From Octopus sinensis (taxonomy: Eukaryota), in assembly GCF_006345805.1 (NCBI RefSeq), contig NC_043002.1, positions 18,042,001 through 18,106,000 on the forward strand: a DNA stretch of 64,000 bases, written 5' to 3'. Shown here one piece after another: positions 12,744-23,619 of this stretch. Positions within the stretch are counted from its first letter, which is position 1, and each line of letters begins with the position of its first letter. A model generated the notes under the pieces. That model ran no database searches. It was not told where the DNA came from and saw only the letters and a program-made list of their open reading frames with translations. Made by a program: the position numbers and the translations under genes.

Positions 12744-13190
12744 GAGTGAGAGAGCAGTTCATGCCATCAAAGTGACATTGGGGTAAAATATACGAAGCCC
12801 AATATACCCATCATGACTACCCGTCTGATAAAGGTACACCAGGCACATGCATCACAACCATATGTGCGCGATATGGTGATCCCATATCAAGATAAACAGC
12901 ACATGACCTTGCAGGTGGGGCCCAGTTAGAATTTTCTTCAGGTTGAGTAGCCCATCCCGCTCAAAAGGTCCCTGATTAAGGGTTGTTTAAGGATGTTGAA
13001 AGAACCACCCATGTTTCCAGAGGTTAATTATTCAAACCCCAAAGAATCCCTCTCAACACATGGCTATGATGCTCCCCCACTACTTCTGCTCGTGATCAGA
13101 GATGCACATATCGTCAGCCACTAAGGGACATGCTCAACTGGTTAAGGTCAAACAACTGACAAGCAAAACTGTGGTATTGAGCAGAATATT
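12743..13190 (-). mobile_element. (TAA)n-embedded dispersed element, truncated copy 1
   Basis: Same family as 13264-13709, 22799-23334 and 59233-59787; flanked by TTA tracts. Confidence 0.8.
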
Positions 13191-13231
13191 ATTATATTAT
13201 TATTATTATATTATTATTATTATTATTATTA

Positions 13232-13263
<32 letters not shown>

Positions 13264-13264
<1 letters not shown>

Positions 13265-13705
13265 GAGTGAGAGAGCAGTTCATGGCCATCAAAGTGACAT
13301 TGGGGTAAAATATACGAAGCCCAATATACCCATCATGACTACCCGTCTGATAAAGGTACACCAGGCACATGCATCACAACATATGTGCGCGATATGGTGA
13401 TCCCATATCAAGATAAACAGCACATGACCTGCAGGTGGGGCCCAGTTAGAATTTTCTTCAGGTTGAGTAGCCCATCCCGCTCAAAAGGTCCCTGATTAAG
13501 GGTTGTTTAAGGATGTTGAAAGAACCACCCATGTTTCCAGAGGTTAATTATTCAAACCCAAAGAATCCCTCTCAACACATGGCTATGATGCTCCCCCACT
13601 ACTTCTGCTCGTGATCAGAGATGCACATATCGTCAGCCACTAAGGGACATGCTCAACTGGTTAAGGTCAAACAACTGACAAGCAAAACTGTGGTATTGAG
13701 CAGAA

Positions 13706-13709
<4 letters not shown>
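13264..13709 (-). mobile_element. (TAA)n-embedded dispersed element, truncated copy 2 (tandem near-identical duplicate)
   Basis: Differs from copy 1 essentially by single-base indels and has the same truncation point. Confidence 0.8.
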
Positions 13710-13772
<63 letters not shown>

Positions 13773-14049
13773 TCTGCCAATAATTCACAACGTTCTCGAA
13801 CCTAGAAGAGTAAACAAGAGAGACAGAGACAGGCAGAAACAAGGAAAATGTCCCATGTATTTGAATACTATGCAAATATTCTTTTAAAAAACTTTTCATT
13901 TAATTTTTCCAAAATTTGATTGTTTTCCATACTTAGAGTTGAAAAAGTCTCAATGACTGAAATCGGTACTAAATGTTTTTATGATAAAATTATTTGGCAT
14001 TTTCTACCTTGACTTATTTTCCTTTTACACACACACACACACACACACA

Positions 14050-14115
<66 letters not shown>

Positions 14116-14289
14116 AGGAATGGCCATATAGGACATTCGACTCACTAGAAAGAGCAGCCAAACTCAAACTCAAAGCGGAATGTATATTATATAGTCTTTG
14201 TATATTATATAGTCTATTTTTTGTATCTCACTAGACCGCTGGTAGCGGAAAATTTTTTCTAGAATTTTTTGCTACCCTTATATTTATTA

Positions 14290-14339
<50 letters not shown>

Positions 14340-15020
14340 CATACACGCACGCACACATACACACACACACGCATACACATACACAATTGCTGGGTTTTTT
14401 TGCAGCCATCCCTATCCCGAAATTTGGGATAGTGCAGTCGACATCGTCCCACTTGCAAGTTGACATCTGAAAGCAAGGAAATAGAGAGAGGCTATGTTTC
14501 AAGGTGAATGGACTGTAAATATTGGTCAGAAGAGCCAGAGGTGCTGGAAACCAAAAAAAAAAATGTCTAATGAGGCGAGACAGATGGTTTTCGAATGTCC
14601 GACGGAATAAGAGAGGACATAACAGCACTGGTCAGAGTCTAATAGTTGCCTGTATTTTAAGCCAGTCAAATGCGTGGTCTTTCTCTAGATGCATTATACG
14701 GTGCCTGTTTTGCAACATGACTTGCCACAGAGAGAAACATGTGTGCATGTCCGTGCGTTTGTGTGTGCGATTGTGTGTTCGGGCACGTCGACGTGTGTGT
14801 ATGTCTGTGTGTATATGTGTGTATGTGTATGGCGTGTGTGTGTGTATGTCTGTGTGTGTATGTGTGAATTGAGTTTATCAATTATAATTCATTTCGCTTA
14901 CCTAATTAGTGTTTTTCAGAAATACATGTGTGATATAATATTTCAATTTATACAATTAACTACATCATAAACGCTAAATAAATCTACATTGGTTACGTTT
15001 TATGTATGTATATACATACA

Positions 15021-15057
<37 letters not shown>

Positions 15058-15092
15058 CAGAACACAAATATATATATAAGTATATAATTATA

Positions 15093-15148
<56 letters not shown>

Positions 15149-15284
15149 CATACATATATGCTTATTAACAGCTGTATATATGTCCATGTGTTACATATTT
15201 CATCTGGTAATTAATTGCATTTATTAATGAAAATTTTAATTATTATGAAGCATAAAAAAAATCTCAGTTAATGATACTGAGATA

Positions 15285-15310
15285 GCTAGCTAGCTAGCTA
15301 GCTAGCTAGC

Positions 15311-15386
<76 letters not shown>

Positions 15387-15500
15387 AGATAGAATCGTAC
15401 ATACATACATACATACATACATACATACATACATACATACATACATACATACATACATACATACATACATACATACATACATACATACATACATACATAC
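15285..15500. repeat. Compound microsatellite (AGCT)n-(AGAT)n-(ACAT)n
   Basis: Direct reading. Confidence 0.95.
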
Positions 15501-16575
15501 AAGCAAATACAATATTTTATAAAAATTAAATATGATATATTTTATAGTTTTTTTTTTCATCGGAAATTATATTATTGGGGTTTCTAACTAGTTTTTAACT
15601 CGTTGTGACCTTAATTTGACATAAAACAAGATAAGAAGAAGAAAACGCCAAAATATTTGAAATCAATATAAATATTTGGAAGAAATTAAGCAAATAAGAT
15701 AATTAAATAATGTTTGTTGTTTTCTGCAATCTAGTCGAATAAATGTCATTAAAATATAAATGTTCAAGTGAAAGTAACATTAATTAAATTATTTTTATAA
15801 AGATATATTTTAAAATTATTGAGAATGTGCAAGGTCTCGAAAGAGGAAAATAAATTTATACAAAAGAAATATCTGAGTAAAAAGTTATTGGTCATGATTA
15901 ATATTAGTTGAGCAGGAGAAAAATCATTAGGAAGGACATAAGCACACTTGAAACATTTACATCTGTCATGAGACCAAGGACCCTTCAGGCCAGAGTTGAA
16001 TCTCGTTTCCATGGCATTTAATTAACTTTCGTTGCAAAATACACTTGTGAATGTGACGGTGGTTCGTTACAGAGTTTACATCTCAGCTATTAATGGAACT
16101 TATTTAGAGATGAATGAACTGGTGTGACGTATATTAGAGTGCTTTTGTTTCTCTCAAGATCGTGGATGAGTCACCCTAAAAAATAGGTTATGGGGCTTCA
16201 TGAAGGGCTAAAAGAATCATAATAATAATGTTGTCATAATAATGACAACAACTAGAAATCTTGTGAGAAGCATCCAGTACTTAAACTAGCTCTCACTCGT
16301 AATTGTGACCACAGATCTCTCGTTGTGGGTGTCATAACGGTCAGCGATACCAGGATTTCTTAACTACGCTTGGCAACTATTTTTGCTGACTTTACATCAG
16401 CGCATCTCTAAGACAATCTGGAATGAAATGGGAAGGGGGTTTATGAATATTATCCAGACATTTCTAGCTTGCAAGTGCTAATGAGGGGTACTGCTGCTGA
16501 TTCGAGATAAACTATAGCGGCAAAGAAGCGCCATCTGTCAGCCATGCCCGAGATTTCCAAAATCTCTTCAGAAAT

Positions 16576-16888
16576 GTGTTTGTTGTTGTGTGTGTTTGTT
16601 CCTTCTCAAGTCATGCCTGGCTCATAAGGGTTTTCTGGTTTCCTTGGCGTTAAGGTTCCCTACCTGGACGGAACACTGGTCCGTCGCATGTGAGCTGCAA
16701 GATGCAGGAGGATAGAGTGAGAGAAAGTTGTGGCGAAAGAGTCAGCAGAAGTCCGCCATTACCTTCTGTCGGAGCCGCGTGGAACTTAGGTGTTTCGCTC
16801 ATAAACACACACATCGCCCGCTCTGAGGTTCGAACCCGCGATCCCTCGACCACGAGTCCGCTACTCTAACTAGGCCATGTGCCTCCAC
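16576..16888 (-). mobile_element. tRNA-derived SINE with 10-bp TSD
   Basis: Head GTGGAGGCACATGGCCTAGTTAGAG..GGTTCGAACC on the minus strand; TSD CTTCAGAAAT at 16566-16575 and 16888-16897. Confidence 0.88.
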
Positions 16889-17195
16889 TTCAGAAATCTC
16901 GAGCGATGCAGCTTTTCATGTGCTCTCATCTAGCGTCCGAAATTATGCTGAAAATTTCCTGTCACGAAGTGGACGCATCAGCTCGGAATCGATTCATAAT
17001 ATCGTCCTGGTGACTTCCTTTCATCGAAATGGACTGAATGTCTTTGTCAGCTAGTTTTAGCGAAAGAGGTTGTGTGGTGGAGCGAATTGAAGGGCTGGAG
17101 ACAAACACATTCTTTTTGGACGAGCTCTCATCAACGTTTTCAAGTGTTATTCGAAAAAATGAATAAGTAGGCAAGAAAGTGCTTCTCGGGCAAAT

Positions 17196-17260
17196 TTATT
17201 GAAAGATGGTAGAGAGCGGCCAGCATATTCCAAGTGTACGAGCTTTCGTTGAACTTGCAC
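17196..17260 (-). CDS. Possible short terminal coding exon (GASSTKARTLGICWPLSTIFQ*)
   Basis: Pyrimidine-rich acceptor CTTCTTGTTGTCCTTGAATCTACAG|G; phase-1 compatible with the exon at 21239-21599. No homology recognised. Confidence 0.25.
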
Positions 17261-17457
17261 CTGTAGATTCAAGGACAACAAGAAGTGAGCACTTGCTTTA
17301 GTGGTCAAGCTGACTGTGGTTTTTCTATGGATTCTACGAGTAGCCTTCGGAACTTCGAACCTTTTCGGGGAGATTATTCTGTTTGGCTATTTGGCTTTCA
17401 ATGTTTTTGTCAACCCTTAAAGGAGTAGTAAAGAAATCAGTAAAAGCAGCAGCAGCA

Positions 17458-17812
17458 GTGGAGGAGCAATGGCCCAGTGGTTAGGGCAGCGGACTCGCGG
17501 TCGGAGGATCGCGGTTTCGATTCCCAAACCGGGCGTTGTGTGTGTTTATTGAGCGAAAACACCTAAAGCTCCACGAGTCTCCGGCAGGGGCTGGTGGCGC
17601 CCCCTATTGTACCCTTTCGCTACAACTTTCTCTCACACTTTCTTTCTGTTTCTTGTCCCCGGCTTCCTACGTAACTGCCGAGCCTGATGTGCATTCATCC
17701 ATCCGTCGATGCTCTCGGTGTTGGGGGGTAACCTGCTTTCTCTTCTGCGGGTCTTACGAATAGCAAAGGACCACGTTTCGGACTTCTCCCACTGGACGAA
17801 GACCGCTACGCT
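17458..17812 (+). mobile_element. tRNA-derived SINE (same family as 16576-16888 and 49646-49950)
   Basis: A-box TGGCCCAGTGG, B-box GTTTCGATTCC, body GTGTGTGTTTATTGAGCGAAAACACCTAAAGCTCCAC. Confidence 0.85.
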
Positions 17813-17817
17813 CAACA

Positions 17818-17897
<80 letters not shown>

Positions 17898-17904
17898 GGT
17901 GGTG

Positions 17905-17937
<33 letters not shown>

Positions 17938-18016
17938 ATAGTAGTAGTAGTAGTAGTAGTAGTAGTAGCAGTAGTAGTAGTAGTAGTAGTAGTAGTAGTT
18001 GCAGCAGCAGCAGTAA
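17813..18016. repeat. (CAG)n/(TAG)n/(TGG)n trinucleotide compound repeat
   Basis: Direct reading. Confidence 0.95.
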
Positions 18017-18906
18017 CATTTCTCGATTCTTATTTGTATTTTGTGATATCACTGTTGCTCTGTATGCTTTCTTTTTCACCTATGACTAGCTTTTCTGCGT
18101 TTCTATCTTATTCAAAGTATTCTCCATATTTTTGCAATCGCTCGCAATCTTAATTTCATTGTGTTGCTTCTGTGTTTAAATTACTGGAGATATTGGTTAT
18201 GAGTGTTTATCATTTATATTTTGTCTGTTTTGTTTTGTTATTCTATGTTTAAATATTTTCCTCATAAAATACAAAGAAAGACTTCCTCTTAACATTATCG
18301 CTGTAATCTTCCTCATGGCATACGAAACTATACAAATTTACAAATTTCACTAAATGAGATTTGCCTTCCCCAGCTAATCTCCACTGACTGTATTATTTCA
18401 ATTCTTTTCTATTTCCTGTATTCATCTGTTTTATGTTTTGGATTATCTTTCCGTAATTTTACTGATACATTATAAATATTTATTAATGAGAAATTAGAAC
18501 TTAGACCTAAATTTACACCTTCACTTTCATTTGGCACTTTACCAACACTTTAAATTTTTCCAATCAAAAATTTGTTTTAATTCCTATCACTACTTCGATC
18601 CATATATTTCGATGTTTCTTGCGTTTTAATATGCTAAGTTTTCTATCTCATTCCTACTGACATTTTTTTGGTTTCAGATGATGGCACTCCTTCATATATT
18701 TCCCATCGATTTATTTCCAAGTTTCATTTGCGACATTTTCATTTTGACTGACTTATGTAACCTTCTGTCAGACCATTTCGAATTTATTTAAGAATTACTA
18801 TAAGAATCACTTTAAGCTGACACTTTCTCAAAATATATTATATAGGTTCGTTTATATATTTGTTGTGCAAGATTTTTTTTATGTGAAGTCGTGTGTTGAA
18901 ACAGAT

Positions 18907-19093
18907 ATTGTTATATTTCGGAATGGTCATTTTGCCAGTTTAGCCAATAAGTGCGACGAAAGAACTCTGGCCGAAATAAGATTAAGATTAATGTAAAAAA
19001 ATAAATAACACTGAAGCAAAATAACACCAAATATATAGTACGTGTGTTTTTATTGGCTAAACTGGCAAAATGACCATTCCGAAATATAACAAT
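18907..19093. repeat. Perfect 44-bp inverted repeat with 99-bp spacer
   Basis: ATTGTTATATTTCGGAATGGTCATTTTGCCAGTTTAGCCAATAA (18907-18950) is the exact reverse complement of 19050-19093. Confidence 0.95.
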
Positions 19094-21238
19094 TATATAG
19101 GTTGTTTTATTATCTAATCGACTTGTAGTAGTCTTTCTCGTATATCTGTAACTTGAATTTCTGTTTCCATAATGTTTTAACAATTTTGTTTTCTTATTCT
19201 AAAGTTTCAGTTTTCCTTTATCTGTTGCTCTTTTGATTGATGTACTTTTCTCTGCATCACTATCGATCTTTGAACAACCCATGCCGTATATAATTGTCCG
19301 ATATACAGATGCAAATAACGATGAAAGGAATGTTCTGTAAGGTGCATCTTATTTGATGCTGCATTTCTGGTAGAGATATCGGTATGATGTACGATATATT
19401 TCTGAGTATTTAAATTTAGTCGTCAAAGATTTATACTTCAGGGACTTCATATTGACACACCATTGTACATTCACATCCAAACAAACAGAAATCTGAACGT
19501 CATCGTTCGAAGGATGAATACTTAATCCTCCGATGAAGCAATCTTTTACAGAGTGTTGTATTGAGGAAACCTCACGTATCCAACACCAAGAAGGAATAAA
19601 TTACCTTTAAACATCGATCAAAATATTCTGAGAAAAGTGAGGTCATATGAAATGTTAATAGTCGTAGCTCTGAGTGAATCGTAAGACAGTCTTCATATCT
19701 CTGCCTTTATGCATTAAAAAGTGGAGAAAATCAGCCTGGCATAGTGCACTTTTCTCAAAACTATTGAATATAAACGGAAATCGCAGATAGAAAAAGATCG
19801 ATGGAATGTATCAAACAGGAATCAAACCCGTTTCACATACCCGAGTACTGAAATATATAAACGGTTTCAAGGAAATATCTTTATCCTGGCTTCTCTGCAA
19901 CACTGATTTCCCTCGGTCGGAGCGTCCTCGTCTTATTATCTTGAGTATAATATTATCAAAATAAAAGGTATTGAATATATCAATACTGAGACTTGCATAT
20001 GCAATTAATGTGAAGCTAGCGCTTCAAATCCGAACATTATTAGAAATGCCTTCTACAAATAACCGCTTTAGTCAGAAGGGAAAACATTGTAAAGCAGTTT
20101 CACTTTTATATAGAAACAGACAATCATTCCATAATTCATGCACGGAAGAGCATCAAGCTGCATTAGATGTTATGTAAAGATGTAATAGCTAGATCAAATG
20201 TAATATCGAATATATTACATGTACTCAATAGAGTAAAGGATGTTTTGTCTAAAATAAATATACGAGGTCGATAAGATATTTTCTTAACTATAATCCTATG
20301 CAAGTAGGTATAAACTATAAATCACACAAAACGAAACCTATTCTATTACAAATATTGGATTCACAGTGAAACAGGAATATTTAAAATTAAAGGCCATTTA
20401 GATACAGTGGGGATTATCTTTATAATATCCCGCTATTTCAATACATAAATCCTTTACAAATACTACACTAACTATCCACACAGTGGAACAAAATTTAAAC
20501 ACCTTCCTTTGAATGTATCTTTCATATTCGTTCTCTTTCCTTTTCACCAACCCTTTCTTTTCACATCTTCCCACTCTCTCTCCCCATCGTCTCTCTCTCC
20601 CTCCATCGCTTTCTCATGTATTCTGAAAATACAACCATTATCCCATTGCATACATATGCACAAAGAAGAAAAAGGTATCCATTACTATGCAAGACCCCAA
20701 AACATTTTATCGGCAGCCAAGTCTCTGTTGAACCAAAGAAATCTATCGTAATACATATTGCACAACATTCAGTCACACAATAGAAAGATATCAGACTCTT
20801 TCATCTAAAACACTTAAATACTGAATCACAACGTAGTGTAAATTCCTGTATCTTTTTGAATAATTAACATCAGCAATGTTATGCAACTGCATAGCCATAT
20901 CTTTTGATTGATCCCCGTAGCTTATCTCTGCACAAATTATTTTTGCTCAAGAAAAGCACTTTATAGAATAATTTTCACGGCACAATATATACAGGCGGAA
21001 ACCTCATTATGCACAATAGGAATAAGAGATGAGTTTTAGTGGAGGGACGGGGGTACTTCACCTCTACCGATAGGGGGTCGACCGTGGGGTTGGTTTGCAT
21101 GGTTTGTTATAGTCAAGGCAATTTACTTTTACTACGATACCGTAGAAAACATCAGGTAACTATATAACGAGGGATCTTTCACATATTTACTCGACCTAAT
21201 AAATGTAACACCCCAAACCCTCTCAAATCACACCTTAC

Positions 21239-21599
21239 CGATTAGGGGTGAAGCAGTGGGTAACGAAGTACTGATAGTCACGACTGGAACGTCTTCCATC
21301 ATACTTCGCATCAATTTAATTTGACCTGGTGTTAAACAACAAAAATAACTTGCTGGGCGATCGCTGAGGCTTGTCATGCTATAACTAAGGTAAAGCAGTA
21401 CTCGTAGTCGACACACAAACCTCTCAACCGCATAGTCACTCTTGCTACCTGTTACAAACTTTGTGATTACTAGTCTATAATCAACGGTTTTCTTTGAATC
21501 AATGTTCCAAGTAATTTCATCGGTATAGAAATGGACTCCATATGAACGAATCATTGGCTGTTTTTTTATGTCAATGACCCTCTTGACCAGGACTTGCTC
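21239..21599 (-). CDS. Probable internal coding exon of an uncharacterised host gene (120 codons)
   Basis: Open frame EQVLVKRVIDIKKQPMIRSYGVHFYTDEITWN..PTASPLI in unique, non-repetitive sequence. AG acceptor at 21601-21600 and strong donor G|GTAAG at 21238; 361 nt, phase 0 to phase 1. Confidence 0.55.
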
Positions 21600-22474
21600 C
21601 TACTATTAATCATACAAATACATTGTTTGACTAATAAAAATATAACAACATATCCCAATAATATCAAAGACGCGTTATCTGGTTTTAACATGTAATTTAG
21701 AAAACATTTTAATGCATCAATTGATAGTTTTTCTATCGCTCTTATATCTCATTTTATCATTTTCTTTATTTTTTTCATTAGATTACTCATATTTTTAATA
21801 TTTTATTTGTTATTTTCTTATTTTTTATTTCAATTCAACAAATAAAAATGCCAAATTAACAAATAGAGATAATCTATATTTTATTCATTTTTTAAAAAAT
21901 CTAGTTATTTTTTTTATATATTTTCTTTACTGCAACAAGATAATTACAAGACATCCTTACTTCATTCCTGATTATTTTCTTTTCCATTTTCTCAAATCTC
22001 CTTCAAATATGTTTCAAGTATTCCACTTTCATTTTTTTTCTTTTCATTATATTCTTTCTTTCGATTTTTTTCTAAATTTTTCTTACTTTTTTTCTTTTCT
22101 TTTTCACACGTTTCTAGTAATAATGATATTTTTTATTGGTATAATGTATATCTCTCAATAACTTTGCAAAGAATTTCTAGTGCCATTGCCAATATCATCA
22201 TGATCGGCATCGTCAACAAGTAACAAAAGCGACAACAACGTTGTCAGCAGCAGCAACAGAAATAATCTCCCCATCGTCTTTAATATCATCACCGTCAACG
22301 TCATCGTTGTCGTCGTCGTCATTATCATCATCATTATCATAATGATCAGCTGCATATATGTTATTATTTGTACTGTCAGCAACATGTCCAGTAAAATAAA
22401 TAGCTAACTGAATAAATAAATGAAATAATAATGATGAAGATGATGGTAGTGATGATGATGATACTAATACTACT

Positions 22475-22636
22475 ACTATTACTACTACTACTACTAATAA
22501 TAATAATAAATAATAATAATAATAATAATAATATAATAATAAAATAATAATAATAATAATAATATAATAATAATAATAATAATGATAAAATAATAATAAA
22601 ATAATAATAATATAATAATAATAATAATAATAATAA

Positions 22637-22679
<43 letters not shown>

Positions 22680-22691
22680 TAATAATAATAA

Positions 22692-22722
<31 letters not shown>

Positions 22723-22727
22723 AAGAA

Positions 22728-22758
<31 letters not shown>

Positions 22759-22797
22759 AAAGAAGAAGAAGAAGAAGAAGAAGAAGAAGAAGAAGAA
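22475..22797. repeat. (AAT)n-(AAG)n microsatellite
   Basis: Direct reading. Confidence 0.97.
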
Positions 22798-22798
22798 T

Positions 22799-23334
22799 TG
22801 CCCTGAGGCAGTACTAGACAGTGGCTCTCGTGGCTTCTGATCTTATCTCATTGCAAGTGTTATCACGTACATTGTTTTGTCTTGGTATAAAAGATGGGCT
22901 ACAGCAAATATTTTACTCAATACCACAGTTGTTTGACCTTAACCAGTTGACCATGTCCCTTAGTGGCTGACAATATGTGTATCTCTCATCGCGAGCAGAA
23001 GTAGCGGGGAGCATCATATCCATGTGTTGACAGAGATTCTTTGGGAATTGAATCTTTCACCTCTGGAAACATGGGTGTTTCGTTCAACATCCGTAAACAA
23101 CCCTTTTTCAGGAACCTTTTGAACGGGATGGGTTACTCGACCAGAAGAAAATTCTAACTGGGCCCCACCTGCAAGGTCATGTGCTGTTTATCTTGATATG
23201 AGATTACCATTTCGCACACATATGGTTGTGATCCATGTGCCTGGTGTATCAGACGAGTAGTCATGATGAGTATACTGGGCTTCGTATATTTTACCCCAGT
23301 GTCACTTTGATGGCATGCACTGCTCTTTCCCTCA
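22799..23334 (+). mobile_element. (TAA)n-embedded dispersed element, near full-length copy
   Basis: TGCCCTGAGGCAGTAC..CACTTTGATGGCATGCACTGCTCTTTCCCTC followed by an AAT tail; reverse complement of 59233-59787. Confidence 0.8.
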
Positions 23335-23459
23335 ATATAATAATGATGATGATGATGATAAGGAGGAGGAGGAGGATAATAATAATAAGACTAATAATAA
23401 TAATAATAATAATAATATAATAATAATAATAATAATAATAATATTCGAAATTATACCAA

Positions 23460-23505
23460 GACACCTGATGAAGGCTGGAAGGTATATTAGCCGAAACGTT
23501 ATGTT
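23460..23505 (+). ncRNA. Minimal type I hammerhead ribozyme motif (Penelope-type), best-preserved core
   Basis: GACAC CTGATGA A GGCTG-GAAGGTATAT-TAGCC GAAA CG TT ATGTT: intact CUGAUGA/GAAA core, 5-bp stem II, palindromic AACGTT stem III, one stem-I mismatch. Followed by the PLE tail to ~23550. Confidence 0.75.
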
Positions 23506-23619
23506 AATAACAAACAAGATGAGAACAAATATCCGTCAAATGTAAATAATATAATTAAAGTAGAAGTATCATAGCAGTAGCAAGTAAACTTTACAGATAT
23601 AAAAGAACAGATCAGTATC

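Noticed and set aside
16962-17420. Long terminal exon spanning several open frames
   Set aside because: It requires frameshifts or an internal stop and has no recognisable homology; more likely UTR or intron.
21239-21599. Resemblance of IRSYG..TDEITW..VDYRLV..TG to the Cys-loop (GABA-A-like) ligand-binding domain
   Set aside because: No Cys-loop cysteines and the motif spacing does not fit; likely coincidence.
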